A DNA stretch of 64,000 bases from an uncultured Desulfosarcina sp. (GCA_963674945.2 CAXXWQ010000004.1:2208001-2272000); one strand, 5' to 3'. Shown: positions 22,357-32,119, numbered from the stretch's first letter. The notes: a model not told the origin generated them from the sequence alone. Translations and numbers: made by a program.

Positions 22357-22536
22357 ATGAAAAAAGCAATACCGTTTATCATACTACTTTTTGTCCTGGT
22401 GATATTTCCCTTTCTCAATTCGGGAGCGTTTGCTGATTTTGTCGGGAAAAGCCCGATTCCGATGGATTTCGTATTGGATCCCGTGAACATGCTTCTGTTT
22501 GGAATCGGACTCACTTTTGCCGGTACCAGAGGATAG
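22357..22536 (+). CDS. 59-aa secreted/membrane microprotein with PEP-CTERM-like C-terminus (not in ORF track)
   Basis: Hand translation MKKAIPFIILLFVLVIFPFLNSGAFADFVGKSPIPMDFVLDPVNMLLFGIGLTFAGTRG; signal peptide ending AFA; DPVNMLLFGIGL resembles EPxxMLLFGxGL. Confidence 0.6.
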   Translation: MKKAIPFIILLFVLVIFPFLNSGAFADFVGKSPIPMDFVLDPVNMLLFGIGLTFAGTRG

Positions 22537-22663
22537 GAAAAAAATAGTGTTTGGATATGTCATGGAACATAAGAAAAGATACAAAATCACCCACCGCAAC
22601 ACTCTCCTTGTAACAGCACCGAGCGCAATCGTCGCCATCGGCTGCAGGTAAATCGCCTTCATT

Positions 22664-22708
22664 AAAAAAATAAGGGAAGTTCCATGGCAACGCCATGGAA
22701 CTTCCCTT
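22664..22708 (-). terminator. Rho-independent terminator of the sulfite-reductase-like gene (possibly bidirectional)
   Basis: Perfect stem AAGGGAAGTTCCATGGC/GCCATGGAACTTCCCTT with a minus-strand U tract. Confidence 0.8.
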
Positions 22709-22727
22709 TGCATTTTCTATGAACGGG

Positions 22728-23384
22728 TCAGGAAATGGCGTCTTTAAATATTTCAAGTCCCAAGCGCGCGATGGTCTTTCCCAGTCGTTCCCCCTTCTGC
22801 GCATTTTCCTTGTAACATTGAACAACCGAATCGATGGCATCTTGCACCCCCCTGTCATCCAATCCTGTCGCCACCGACGCGGCAATCCGGGGATCGGCGC
22901 CCACGTTTCCGCCGATCACCAACTGCCACCCATCCTTTTGTCCGATCAAGCCGATGTCCCTTACCCACGATTCGGAACAGCTCAAGTTGCATCCGGATAC
23001 CGCCATCTTGAATTTTCCGGGAAGTTCCATGCTGTGGTATTTTTTATCCAACGCCATGCCGATGCCCAGTGCATCCTGCTTACCCAACCGGCAGAACGTG
23101 GTTCCCGGGCACGCCCGAACACTTCGCACACAAAGCCCCACAGCGGCGCCTTTGTCCAGTTTCAGCTCTTCCCAGGCGGAATCGATATCCTGCTCTTTCA
23201 ACCCTACGATGGCCATTCGCGTGGCTCCGGTGATCTTTATTGCCTGGGCCCCGTATTTTTCCGCCACGTCGGCGATCTTCCTGAGCAGTTGTGGTGTCAC
23301 CACGCCGCAGGGAATGTGCGGGGCAATGGCATAAGTTTCTTTGTCGCGCTGTAAAATGGCTCCTTTTTCGCCTAACTTCAGCAT
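22728..23384 (-). CDS. Small sirohaem sulfite/nitrite reductase (assimilatory-type, low molecular weight)
   Basis: ACPGTTFC and SGCNLSC cluster/sirohaem cysteines; N-terminal GAILQRDKETYAIAPHIPCG; GGAGG RBS. Confidence 0.8.
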   Translation of the reverse strand: MLKLGEKGAILQRDKETYAIAPHIPCGVVTPQLLRKIADVAEKYGAQAIKITGATRMAIVGLKEQDIDSAWEELKLDKGAAVGLCVRSVRACPGTTFCRLGKQDALGIGMALDKKYHSMELPGKFKMAVSGCNLSCSESWVRDIGLIGQKDGWQLVIGGNVGADPRIAASVATGLDDRGVQDAIDSVVQCYKENAQKGERLGKTIARLGLEIFKDAIS

Positions 23385-23480
23385 CATCAACCTCCTGTGC
23401 CTGAGTCGGCACGATCTTGGGGAATGGTCGTTTTCAACAAAACAGTCATCTTTGATGAACTTGTAAAAAGCAGGGTTTCG

Positions 23481-23604
23481 GACGGCTTCGTAAAAAGTTC
23501 GAGATCAAGGATTGCGAATCCCGAGGAATGAGGCGTATTTACGATACGTGGCAGTGGCGAGGGATGAAGCGTAACGCCGATATCGGACTTTTTACGGAGC
23601 CGTC
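23481..23604 (+). repeat. Dispersed palindromic repeat family A, copy 1
   Basis: Terminal IR GACGGCTTCGTAAAAAG...CTTTTTACGGAGCCGTC; preceded by a partial extra unit at 23451-23480. Confidence 0.9.
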
Positions 23605-23827
23605 ATCTTTCATACGAAAAAGCGTCCCTGAAAGCAAACCGTATTATCATGCTGCAGAATGGATTGTATTTGCAAGACTGATAAATTTCCAACATATAAA
23701 AATACGATCGGCCCATTGCGAAAGCGAACGGTTTGTCTTGTTTGATAATATCTGTTGACTTGGTCGCGATATGGAATACATTCCACAGTTATCTGAATGT
23801 TTCATTCGAACCAAAGGAGGAGATCCG

Positions 23828-24805
23828 ATGAAAAAGTCTATCGTTCTTATGGCAGTCTCGATGCTGCTTGTCTTTTCGGGTGCTGCAATGGCAAAAATGA
23901 CCATCAAACTCGCCGTCGTTACCAAGCCCGGCTCGGCCCAGAACATCGCCGCGGAAAAATTCAAATCCCTGATCGAAGCGAAAAGTAACAACGACATTTC
24001 CGTAAAGATCTACCACAGCGCATCTTTGGGCAACGAAACCGAGATTCTGCAGCAGGTGCAGATGAACACGATCCAGATGGCCATCGTCACCGGCGGCCCC
24101 TTCGATACGTTCGATCCCATCACCCGCGTCATCAACTACCCCTTTTTGTTCAAGGACAACGATCAGGCGGATAAAATCCTCGACGGCCCCCTTGGCACCG
24201 AAATTCTGAAAAGCCTGGAAAGTTCCAAATTCAAGGGGTTGTGCTTTTCCGAAAACGGATTTCGCAATCTGACCAACAACAAGCGGCCGGTGACCAGCCC
24301 TGACGATATCAAAGGGCTGAAGATTCGCGTCATGGCCTCGACCATTCACAAGGCCATCTGGCAGGCCCTGGGTGCAAACCCCACCCCCATGCCATGGCCG
24401 ATCTACACCGAGTTGGAACAGGGGGTCATCGACGGCCAGGAAAATCCCCTCTGGGTCATGGAGGTCTACAAATTTTACGAGATCCAAAAGTACATGACCC
24501 TCACCCGCCACGTCTACTCCTACCACATCGACGTGGCATCCCTTGACTGGTGGAATACCCTGTCTGAAGCGAACCGGAAGATGATTCAGGAGGCCATGTA
24601 CGAGGCCGCCGTGTTTCAACGGAAAGACAATCGCAGCAAGGATGCCGACCGATTGAAACTGCTCAAGGAAAAGGGGATGCAGGTCGTGGAAAATCCCGAC
24701 GTGGACGCCTTTCGCGCCAAAGTGGCCCATCTGAAGGACATGGACCTGTACAGCGATCCCAAGGTAAAGGCTATGCTGGAAAAGATGATTGCGGCCACTA
24801 AATAG
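23828..24805 (+). CDS. dctP: TRAP transporter substrate-binding protein
   Basis: Signal peptide, ENGFRNLT, GLKIRV (carboxylate-binding Arg), IDGQENP; AGGAGG RBS. Confidence 0.93.
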   Translation: MKKSIVLMAVSMLLVFSGAAMAKMTIKLAVVTKPGSAQNIAAEKFKSLIEAKSNNDISVKIYHSASLGNETEILQQVQMNTIQMAIVTGGPFDTFDPITRVINYPFLFKDNDQADKILDGPLGTEILKSLESSKFKGLCFSENGFRNLTNNKRPVTSPDDIKGLKIRVMASTIHKAIWQALGANPTPMPWPIYTELEQGVIDGQENPLWVMEVYKFYEIQKYMTLTRHVYSYHIDVASLDWWNTLSEANRKMIQEAMYEAAVFQRKDNRSKDADRLKLLKEKGMQVVENPDVDAFRAKVAHLKDMDLYSDPKVKAMLEKMIAATK

Positions 24806-24875
24806 TCCCCATCCAGAAATGCCTATTTCTAGACGCACACGAATTTACCGGAACTCATCGAAAAGTGGAGTATTT

Positions 24876-25361
24876 GTGTCTTTCTTGAATAAGCTGAGCG
24901 CCACGATCAACAAGAAAATCGAGTACCTGGTTTTCGGGCTCGGTCTCTCCATGGCATTGATCGTGGCGCTTCAGGTTTTTTTTCGATATGGTTTGAACCA
25001 ATCGCTGTTCTGGTCAGAGGAACTGGCCCGCTACCTGCTCGTCTGGCTCACCTTCCTCGGCGCCTCGGCCGCCTATTTTCGCGGTGCCCATCCGGGTGTG
25101 GACGTGCTGGTCAACCGAATGGGCCGACGCCAGAGACGGGCTGTGGCCCTGTTGACCCATCTTCTATCCATCGGCTTGTTTCTGGTGATGATCGTCTACG
25201 GATGCCGGTTCGCCTATTTTGTCCGGATGCAGTCCACACCCGCCCTGCAAGTACCCAAGTGGATCATCCTCATGGTCATTCCCGTCAGCGGTGTCATTTT
25301 TCTGGTTCACGGCCTGGGTTTTCTCGTCAATGAATGGCATCGGAGCGGCCATGACAGCTGA
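24876..25361 (+). CDS. dctQ: TRAP transporter small permease
   Basis: QVFFRY, WSEELARYLLVWLTFLG; GTG start after GGAG. Confidence 0.9.
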   Translation: MSFLNKLSATINKKIEYLVFGLGLSMALIVALQVFFRYGLNQSLFWSEELARYLLVWLTFLGASAAYFRGAHPGVDVLVNRMGRRQRRAVALLTHLLSIGLFLVMIVYGCRFAYFVRMQSTPALQVPKWIILMVIPVSGVIFLVHGLGFLVNEWHRSGHDS

Positions 25362-26634
25362 GATCCTGCTCATATCACTGCTGGTTCTGTTTGCCATCAA
25401 CACACCCATCGCCATTGCCATCGGTGTCGCCTCGGTCCTGGGAATCCTCGTCCAGGGTGACTTCAATCCCATGATGCTGGTCCAGCGCATGTTCGGCGGT
25501 ACCGACTCGTTTCATCTCATGGCCGTCCCCCTGTTCATGTTTACGGGGACCATCATGGAGGCCGGCGGCATCAGCAGGCGGATCATCGACTTCGCCGATG
25601 CGCTCGTGGGATGGCTGCCCGGCGGCATGGCTGCCGTGACCATCGTCTCGGCCATGTTTTTTGCCGGCATCTCCGGATCGGCAGCCGCGGATGCGGCGGC
25701 CGTCGGGGCCATCTTGATTCCGGCCATGAAAAAAACAGGATACGAATCCGATTTCTCCGCTGCAGTCCTGGCCTCCGGCGGATCCATCGGCGTGATCATC
25801 CCCCCGTCGATTCCCATGATCATTTTCGGTTTTTTGACCGGTGCCTCCATCGGCCAATTGTTTGCCGCGGGCATCCTGCCGGGCCTTTTGATCGGCATGT
25901 CGCTCATCGCTGTGGCAACGTTCATCTCCTGGAAGAGAGGATATCGTGCGACGACACGCTTCTCGCCCGGCCGTGTCTGGCAAACCTTCAGACGCGCCAT
26001 TCTCGCCCTGGGTGCACCGCTGATCATTCTCGGCGGGATATTGCTCGGGATATTTACGGCGACAGAATCGGCGGCGGTTGCCGTCGTATACGGGTTGGTG
26101 GTGGGAATGGTCGTCTATCGGAAGATCGGTGTAAGGGACCTTTTTCCCCTGTTCCGGGATGGGGCAATCACCGCTTCCATCGTCATGCTGATTATCGCAA
26201 CCGCATCGGCATTCAGTTGGATCGCGGCCATCGAAGAGATTCCAGCCCGCCTCGCCGGTGGCCTGCTCGGGCTCACCACGCACCCGGCGGCGCTGCTCAT
26301 GCTGATCAACCTGGTGCTGCTCATTGCCGGGACCTTCGTGGAAACCACGGCGGCGTTGATCCTGCTGGTGCCCATGATCACGGCCATGCTGCCCTCTTTG
26401 GGTATTGACGTGGTTCAATTGGGTGTGATCGTCGTCACCAATCTGGCCATCGGCATGTTGACGCCACCCATGGGAATATGCCTGATCGTCTCCTGCAGCA
26501 TATCCGGAGACAACCTGGTGGCCATCAGCAGACGCGTGCTGCCATTCATGGCCATCCTCATCGTCGATTTGCTGATCATCACCTTCTATTCTCCCATTAC
26601 CATGTGGATGGCAAACTGGATTACCCGGCCATGA
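25351..26634 (+). CDS. dctM: TRAP transporter large permease
   Basis: AVPLF, GISGSAAAD, IIPPSIPM, TATESA, LTPPMG. Confidence 0.93.
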   Translation: MTAEILLISLLVLFAINTPIAIAIGVASVLGILVQGDFNPMMLVQRMFGGTDSFHLMAVPLFMFTGTIMEAGGISRRIIDFADALVGWLPGGMAAVTIVSAMFFAGISGSAAADAAAVGAILIPAMKKTGYESDFSAAVLASGGSIGVIIPPSIPMIIFGFLTGASIGQLFAAGILPGLLIGMSLIAVATFISWKRGYRATTRFSPGRVWQTFRRAILALGAPLIILGGILLGIFTATESAAVAVVYGLVVGMVVYRKIGVRDLFPLFRDGAITASIVMLIIATASAFSWIAAIEEIPARLAGGLLGLTTHPAALLMLINLVLLIAGTFVETTAALILLVPMITAMLPSLGIDVVQLGVIVVTNLAIGMLTPPMGICLIVSCSISGDNLVAISRRVLPFMAILIVDLLIITFYSPITMWMANWITRP

Positions 26635-26720
26635 TCGATGAACGATTAACATAACGATAGAAAATCATCCTCTTCCGAAAAGCACAAATTTTGGAAAATG
26701 CGTCGTAAAAAGGAAACACT

Positions 26721-27785
26721 ATGAACGATATATATGAAAACCTGGCCGCGCACCTGGACAAATTGCCCGCCGGCTTCCCCCGCACCGCATCGGGTGTCGA
26801 AATACGCATCCTAAAGCGCCTGTTCACCAGAAAAGAGGCCGAGATCGCCACGGCCCTGACCATGATTCCCGAACCGGCCCCGGACGTCGCCGCCAGGCTG
26901 AAAGAGGACCCGGAGCGCATGGAAGCGGCCCTGTCCGCCATGGCCCGAAAAGGGTTGATTTTCAGGATATCCAAGAAAGACCAGAACCTGTACAGCGCTT
27001 CCCAGTTCGTTGTGGGGATATGGGAGTATCACCTCAACGATTTGGACGAAGCATTGATCAAAGATGTCAACGAATACATGCCCGCCCTGCTCCAGGAGAG
27101 TTGGGTAAAGGCGGACACCAAGCAGCTGCGGGTGGTACCGGTGGCAAAGAGCGTATCGGCCGAAATGGCCATCATGCCTTACGAGGCGGCGGAAGCCATC
27201 ATCTCCCGGCAGTCCAAAATCGTCGTATCCGACTGCATCTGTCGAAAAGAACAGAGAATGATCGGCAAAGGCTGCGATAAACCCATGGAAACCTGTTTCA
27301 CTTTCGGCGCAGCGGCGCAGTATTACGAAGAGAACAAGCTGGGACGGGAAATCGACCAAGCCGAGGCGCTGGTCATCCTCAAGTCCGGTATCGATGCCGG
27401 TTTGGTGCTGCAGCCGGGCAACCAGCAAAAAGCCATCAACATCTGCATGTGTTGTGGTTGTTGCTGCGGCGTCCTCAAGAACTTGAAGTCGTTGGACAGC
27501 CCGGCCCGGATCGTCCATACCAATTTTTACGCGCGAGTGGATGAGACGCTGTGCAGCGCTTGCGAAGCCTGCGTGGAGCGCTGTCAGATGGCTGCCATCC
27601 AGGTAGACGATGTTGCACGCATCGACCTGGACCGATGCATCGGCTGTGGCCTTTGCGTAACCGACTGCCCAACCGGTGCAATTGTTCTTGTGCAAAAAGA
27701 CGAGAAAAATCGATATCTTCCACCCAAAAATGCCGTGGAAACCTATCTCAGGATGGCACAGGAACGGGCGATCCGGAAAAAATAG
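26721..27785 (+). CDS. Cys-rich iron-sulfur protein with N-terminal HTH-like region and C-terminal 2x[4Fe-4S] domain
   Basis: CICR, ICMCCGCCC, two CxxCxxCxxxC motifs. Confidence 0.85.
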   Translation: MNDIYENLAAHLDKLPAGFPRTASGVEIRILKRLFTRKEAEIATALTMIPEPAPDVAARLKEDPERMEAALSAMARKGLIFRISKKDQNLYSASQFVVGIWEYHLNDLDEALIKDVNEYMPALLQESWVKADTKQLRVVPVAKSVSAEMAIMPYEAAEAIISRQSKIVVSDCICRKEQRMIGKGCDKPMETCFTFGAAAQYYEENKLGREIDQAEALVILKSGIDAGLVLQPGNQQKAINICMCCGCCCGVLKNLKSLDSPARIVHTNFYARVDETLCSACEACVERCQMAAIQVDDVARIDLDRCIGCGLCVTDCPTGAIVLVQKDEKNRYLPPKNAVETYLRMAQERAIRKK

Positions 27786-27956
27786 GTGCCAGGTGAGTTC
27801 GCGGACCCAATGGGAAAAGGTCTTTCCCGCCATAGGTGACCGCTGCCCCTTCATGAACGGATGCATGAAGCCGGTTGCTTTTTTCCTTGCTGACGATCCC
27901 CCTGCCTGCTATTCTTCCAATGTTTTCATGCACCTTTTGCCCGCAGGACCGGAGAT

Positions 27957-28331
27957 ATGATGTCCACCAAAACCAAGAAAGAGAATCCGAAAAAGGTTTG
28001 CGTTAAATCCAAAGTCTGGCTGGAAGACAAACAGGGTCGTATCATTTTTGGCCTGGGCCGCACCCGAATCTTGCAGGCGATCGAAAAATGCGGGTCCCTG
28101 AATGCGGCGGCCAAAGAGCTGAAGATGAGCTACCGTGCCATCTGGGGTAAAATCAAGGTAACCGAAGAGGCGCTGGGAAGGCCCCTTTTGGAAAAGCAAC
28201 AAGGAGGAGTCTCCGGTGGCGGATCGAAGCTGACGCCCTATGCCCACGTTCTCATCAAACGCTACCTGACCCTTTCCCGCATCATCGATACCGAGGCCGA
28301 TGATCTGTTCGAGTCCGGATTTCTTGATTAA
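27957..28331 (+). CDS. ModE N-terminal-type winged-HTH regulator (no TOBE domains)
   Basis: FGLGRTRILQAIEKCGSLNAAAKELKMSYRAIW and GGVSGGGSKLT. Confidence 0.85.
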   Translation: MMSTKTKKENPKKVCVKSKVWLEDKQGRIIFGLGRTRILQAIEKCGSLNAAAKELKMSYRAIWGKIKVTEEALGRPLLEKQQGGVSGGGSKLTPYAHVLIKRYLTLSRIIDTEADDLFESGFLD

Positions 28332-28340
28332 AGGATCACA

Positions 28341-29255
28341 ATGAATATCAATGTAATTGGTGCCGGTGCCATGGGCAGCCTCTTTGGCGGCCTTCTTGCC
28401 GAAGCCGGTGAGACGGTGACCCTTGTGGATCTTCGCAAGGATCATGTTAACATGTTGAACGAACGAGGATTGACCATCGAAAAAGATGGCGAGAATCGCA
28501 AGGTCCGGATCACGGCTGTCGCCGATCATGGCATTGCTCCTTGTTCGGATCTGACCATCGTTTTCGTTAAATCCACCCACACCGCCGCGGCGGCCCAAAC
28601 GGCAAAACGACTGGCCGGGCAGGACGGATCGGTCCTGACGCTGCAAAACGGAATGGGAAATGCCGACACATTGGCCGATGTGCTTACGCCCGACCAGGTG
28701 ATCGCCGGCACCACATCCCATGGCGCCACATTTCTGGGACCCGGCGCCATTCGCCATGCCGGTGTCGGCGAAACGGTCATCGGACCCTGGAATTCGAAGG
28801 GAGAGACGAGAGCGCGTCAGGTGGCCGAGCTGTTCAATCGCGCCGGTATCGTAACCCGGGTGGTGGATGACGTCCGCCGCGTGTTGTGGGCCAAATTGTT
28901 CATCAATGTCGGAATCAACGCCATCACGGCCCTTACGGGCATCAAAAACGGACAGTTGTTGGACCTGGAAGAGACGCGGCAGATTTGTGAAGAAGCGGTA
29001 CGGGAGGCCATGGCCGTAGCACAATTCCAGGGAATCGAAATCGAAGGAGATCCAGCACAAAAGGTGTTTGCGGTGGCAGCGGCGACCGGCCCCAACCGGT
29101 CGTCCATGGGCCAGGACGTGGACAACTGCCGGATGACGGAGATCACCGCCATCAATGGATTTATCGTAAAGCATGCCAAAAACGCAGGAGTACCGGTTCC
29201 GGTGAACCAGACGCTGACGGCATTGATCGAGACCCTTCAGGCTCACTATTCATGA
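28341..29255 (+). CDS. panE: 2-dehydropantoate 2-reductase
   Basis: GAGAMG, TLQNG, WAKLFIN, NRSSMGQD, TEITAING. Confidence 0.93.
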   Translation: MNINVIGAGAMGSLFGGLLAEAGETVTLVDLRKDHVNMLNERGLTIEKDGENRKVRITAVADHGIAPCSDLTIVFVKSTHTAAAAQTAKRLAGQDGSVLTLQNGMGNADTLADVLTPDQVIAGTTSHGATFLGPGAIRHAGVGETVIGPWNSKGETRARQVAELFNRAGIVTRVVDDVRRVLWAKLFINVGINAITALTGIKNGQLLDLEETRQICEEAVREAMAVAQFQGIEIEGDPAQKVFAVAAATGPNRSSMGQDVDNCRMTEITAINGFIVKHAKNAGVPVPVNQTLTALIETLQAHYS

Positions 29256-29277
29256 ACAGGAAGAAAGGAAAGAAACC

Positions 29278-30141
29278 ATGGCCCAAGCGAAGGTGAGTAT
29301 ACCGGAAATCATCCAGGCGAAAGAGGAGGGGCGAAAACTGATCATGGTGACCGCCTACGATTACCCCTTCGGTCTCATGGCCGACGAAGCCGGTGTGGAC
29401 ATGGTTCTCGTGGGAGACTCCCTGGGAATGGTGGTCCTGGGGTTGGACAGTACGGTGCCGGTTACCATGGAGATGATGATTCATCACATCCAGGCGGTGG
29501 TTCGTGGATGCAAACGGGCAGTGGTCGTCGGTGACTTGCCCTTTATGAGCTACAACACCGGAATCCGGGATGCCGTCATCAATGCCGGACGATTGATGAA
29601 AGAAGGAGGATGTGACGCAGTGAAACTCGAAGGCGGCGTGGATTTCGCCCCGGTGGTCCAAGCCATCGTCAAAGCGGGAATCCCCGTCCAGGGCCATGTG
29701 GGCCTGACCCCCCAGACTGCCAGCGCCCTGGGTGGGTTCAGGATGCAGGGAAAAGATGCAACGGCGGCGCGAAAAATCATCGACGATGCCAAATCACTGG
29801 AAGCGGCCGGTGCCTTCTCCATCGTCGCCGAGGCGGTGCCGGCCCCATTGGGAAAACTGCTTTCCGAGTCGGTGACGGTTCCCATCATCGGTATCGGTGC
29901 CGGCGTGGATGTAGACGGCCAGGTGCTGGTCACCCACGACATGATTGGCCTGTTCGATCGGTTCGTTCCCAAGTTCGTCAAGCAATATACGAAGGTCCGT
30001 CCATCCATTATCGACGCCATCAAGTCTTTTGGCCAAGAGGTCCGAGATTCTGCGTTTCCAAAATCTGAACATAGCTTCTCCATGTCCGAAGAGACCCTCG
30101 CGAAATTAAAGGCATCACTCGAATCGAAAAAAAAGAAATAG
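29278..30141 (+). CDS. panB: 3-methyl-2-oxobutanoate hydroxymethyltransferase
   Basis: TAYDY, LVGDSLG, AVKLEGG, GHVGLTPQ, DGQVLV. Confidence 0.96.
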   Translation: MAQAKVSIPEIIQAKEEGRKLIMVTAYDYPFGLMADEAGVDMVLVGDSLGMVVLGLDSTVPVTMEMMIHHIQAVVRGCKRAVVVGDLPFMSYNTGIRDAVINAGRLMKEGGCDAVKLEGGVDFAPVVQAIVKAGIPVQGHVGLTPQTASALGGFRMQGKDATAARKIIDDAKSLEAAGAFSIVAEAVPAPLGKLLSESVTVPIIGIGAGVDVDGQVLVTHDMIGLFDRFVPKFVKQYTKVRPSIIDAIKSFGQEVRDSAFPKSEHSFSMSEETLAKLKASLESKKKK

Positions 30142-30169
30142 TATTCAGCCGGAAAAGGTAAGGCACCGC

Positions 30170-30331
30170 ATGGGAAAAATGGTCTTGTACGCAGTGGTTG
30201 TTGCCATCGTTCTTCTGGCGTTGGAATTTTTTCAAATCGTTGATATTCCTTATCTTGAGATACCCGACGGTCTGTCCAACAAGAAAGAGATGGTGGAAAA
30301 GACGGAAGATGTAATAAAGCAGATCAAATAG
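30170..30331 (+). CDS. 53-aa single-pass membrane protein (not in ORF track)
   Basis: Hand translation MGKMVLYAVVVAIVLLALEFFQIVDIPYLEIPDGLSNKKEMVEKTEDVIKQIK; fills the panB-yceH gap on the same strand. Confidence 0.6.
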   Translation: MGKMVLYAVVVAIVLLALEFFQIVDIPYLEIPDGLSNKKEMVEKTEDVIKQIK

Positions 30332-30370
30332 CCGCAACAGCGATGAAATGAATATCAAAAGAGGGAAAGA

Positions 30371-31012
30371 ATGGATCTTTCACTGGATGAACAGGAGATA
30401 AGAGTACTCGGCTGCCTGATGGAAAAAGCCATGGCAACGCCGGACTACTATCCCCTGTCTCTCAACGCGCTAACCAATGCCTGCAACCAGAAATCGAATC
30501 GCGATCCCGTGGTACAATGGGATGAGGATGTCGTTTCAAAGGCGGCGGCCAGTCTCATGGAAAAGAGTCTGGTCAACCGAAGCACGGTAGGCCGTGTACC
30601 CAAATACGAGGAGACCTTCACCCGCCACCACAACATGGTCACCGCCGAAGCCGCCGTCCTCTGCGTCCTTTTGCTCCGCGGTCCCCAGACGCCCGGTGCC
30701 ATTCGAAGCCGAACCGAACGGTGCCACGCCTTCGACGATCTGCAATCGGTACAGGAAACCTTGGAGCGACTGGATGAATGGGATCTCGTTTGCCAGTTGG
30801 CACGGTTGCCCGGACACAAAGAACCGCGATACATGCACCGGCTCGGTCAGAAAGACGTGCCGGATTACACCGAACCGCAAATCGTCGATTCCCCGACGCC
30901 TGCGGTTGATATCGATCGATTGAATCGGGTAGAGGATCGAATCGACGCGTTGCAGGCGGAGTTGGCGGATCTTCGGGCCGCATTCGAAACCTTTTCCCGA
31001 CAATTTGAATAG
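30371..31012 (+). CDS. YceH/DUF480-family protein
   Basis: RVLGCLMEK, TPDYYPLSLNAL, CNQKSNRDPV, LLRGPQTPG. Confidence 0.9.
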   Translation: MDLSLDEQEIRVLGCLMEKAMATPDYYPLSLNALTNACNQKSNRDPVVQWDEDVVSKAAASLMEKSLVNRSTVGRVPKYEETFTRHHNMVTAEAAVLCVLLLRGPQTPGAIRSRTERCHAFDDLQSVQETLERLDEWDLVCQLARLPGHKEPRYMHRLGQKDVPDYTEPQIVDSPTPAVDIDRLNRVEDRIDALQAELADLRAAFETFSRQFE

Positions 31013-31196
31013 GATAAACGTCGGTTACCCCCGATGATCCGTCGCTACCGCTTTTACTAAAGATTGAGCGAAAGCGATCGAAAATATTTATATAAAGGTT
31101 TTCTATGGAAGGCTTTTATCAATACTATTGATAAAAGCTTTTTACGAAATGATCTATCGGAAGAAAAACAGGATGCTTGGCTGAGGGTTGGCAAAT

Positions 31197-31916
31197 ATGG
31201 GGGACAGTGCGGAAATCAAGAAGGAAAAACTGAACGACCTTTTTAACGAGCTCATTGATAAGCGAATTATCATCTCCATGAACATTGTCGGGACCAAGTT
31301 TGATCGCCTCACCTGTATCACCGGAATTACCAAAGACGCAACGGGCAACCATTTGATCGTGGACCCGCCGGATGATTTTGCCGAAGCCGCAGCGGCAAAG
31401 GAAAAATGGCACCTTCGATTTAATTTCAACGGTCCGGATCATCTGGAATATATCTTCAGTACCAAAGGCGGCAGCTTGTGCAAGCAGGGATTGAAGATTC
31501 CCTTTCCCGATCATGTGGAACGGCTCCAGCGCAGGCGGGACTTCCGGGTGGATACCCTGCCGGATTCGAAGGTTCACTTTCAGTTAAACAAAATCCGGGG
31601 CACCCTCGACATGATCAATATCAGCCTTGGGGGGTTTTACGGTGTCTTGACCAAGCATAATTTCAAATTTATCCGGGGCCCGATTGTAAAAAAAGATCAG
31701 CAGGTCCATGATATCAGCATGGTCTTTCCGGGAATCGAAAACAATCCAGGGGCAACCGTTTACGTAAAGCGGGCCGAAGTCAAGAGAATCGATTACGACA
31801 AGGATAATAAATTTTACCGCTATGCCTTTGAAATCATAGAGATTGAAAAGGAAGAACGGGACATCCTCCGGCTGACGATTTATGATCTGCAGCGATACTA
31901 TCTCAGGCGCCGATAA
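31197..31916 (+). CDS. YcgR-like PilZ-domain protein
   Basis: QRRRDFR and NISLGG motifs after an N-terminal beta domain; start uncertain. Confidence 0.8.
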   Translation: MGDSAEIKKEKLNDLFNELIDKRIIISMNIVGTKFDRLTCITGITKDATGNHLIVDPPDDFAEAAAAKEKWHLRFNFNGPDHLEYIFSTKGGSLCKQGLKIPFPDHVERLQRRRDFRVDTLPDSKVHFQLNKIRGTLDMINISLGGFYGVLTKHNFKFIRGPIVKKDQQVHDISMVFPGIENNPGATVYVKRAEVKRIDYDKDNKFYRYAFEIIEIEKEERDILRLTIYDLQRYYLRRR

Positions 31917-31917
31917 T

Positions 31918-32062
31918 CAGTGCCAATCCAGAAATGGCAAATTTGCCCGATATCGGCGTTGCGCTCAAAATTTTATCCTCGGAATATCAACCATATGCCT
32001 CCGGTAAAATTTTTCACGCGCCTTGATCTCGACCAAATTTGCCTATTTCTGGACGGACACTG
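31918..32062. repeat. Palindromic element family B
   Basis: Imperfect terminal IR CAGTGCCAATCCAGAAATGGCAAATTTG / CAAATTTGCCTATTTCTGGACGGACACTG; inner blocks shared with family A. Confidence 0.75.
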
Positions 32063-32119
32063 TTAGTGCCTCCGTATGAAGGAAAATAAAGAGAAACTCC
32101 TAAAACAGATCGGGTTTCG

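Noticed and set aside
22534..22572. Pyrrolysine read-through of the microprotein TAG
   Set aside because: Read-through adds EKNSVWICHGT, which does not restore a basic PEP-CTERM tail; no other support
22562..22651. 29-aa ORF MEHKKRYKITHRNTLLVTAPSAIVAIGCR
   Set aside because: Too short, weak RBS, no recognisable motif
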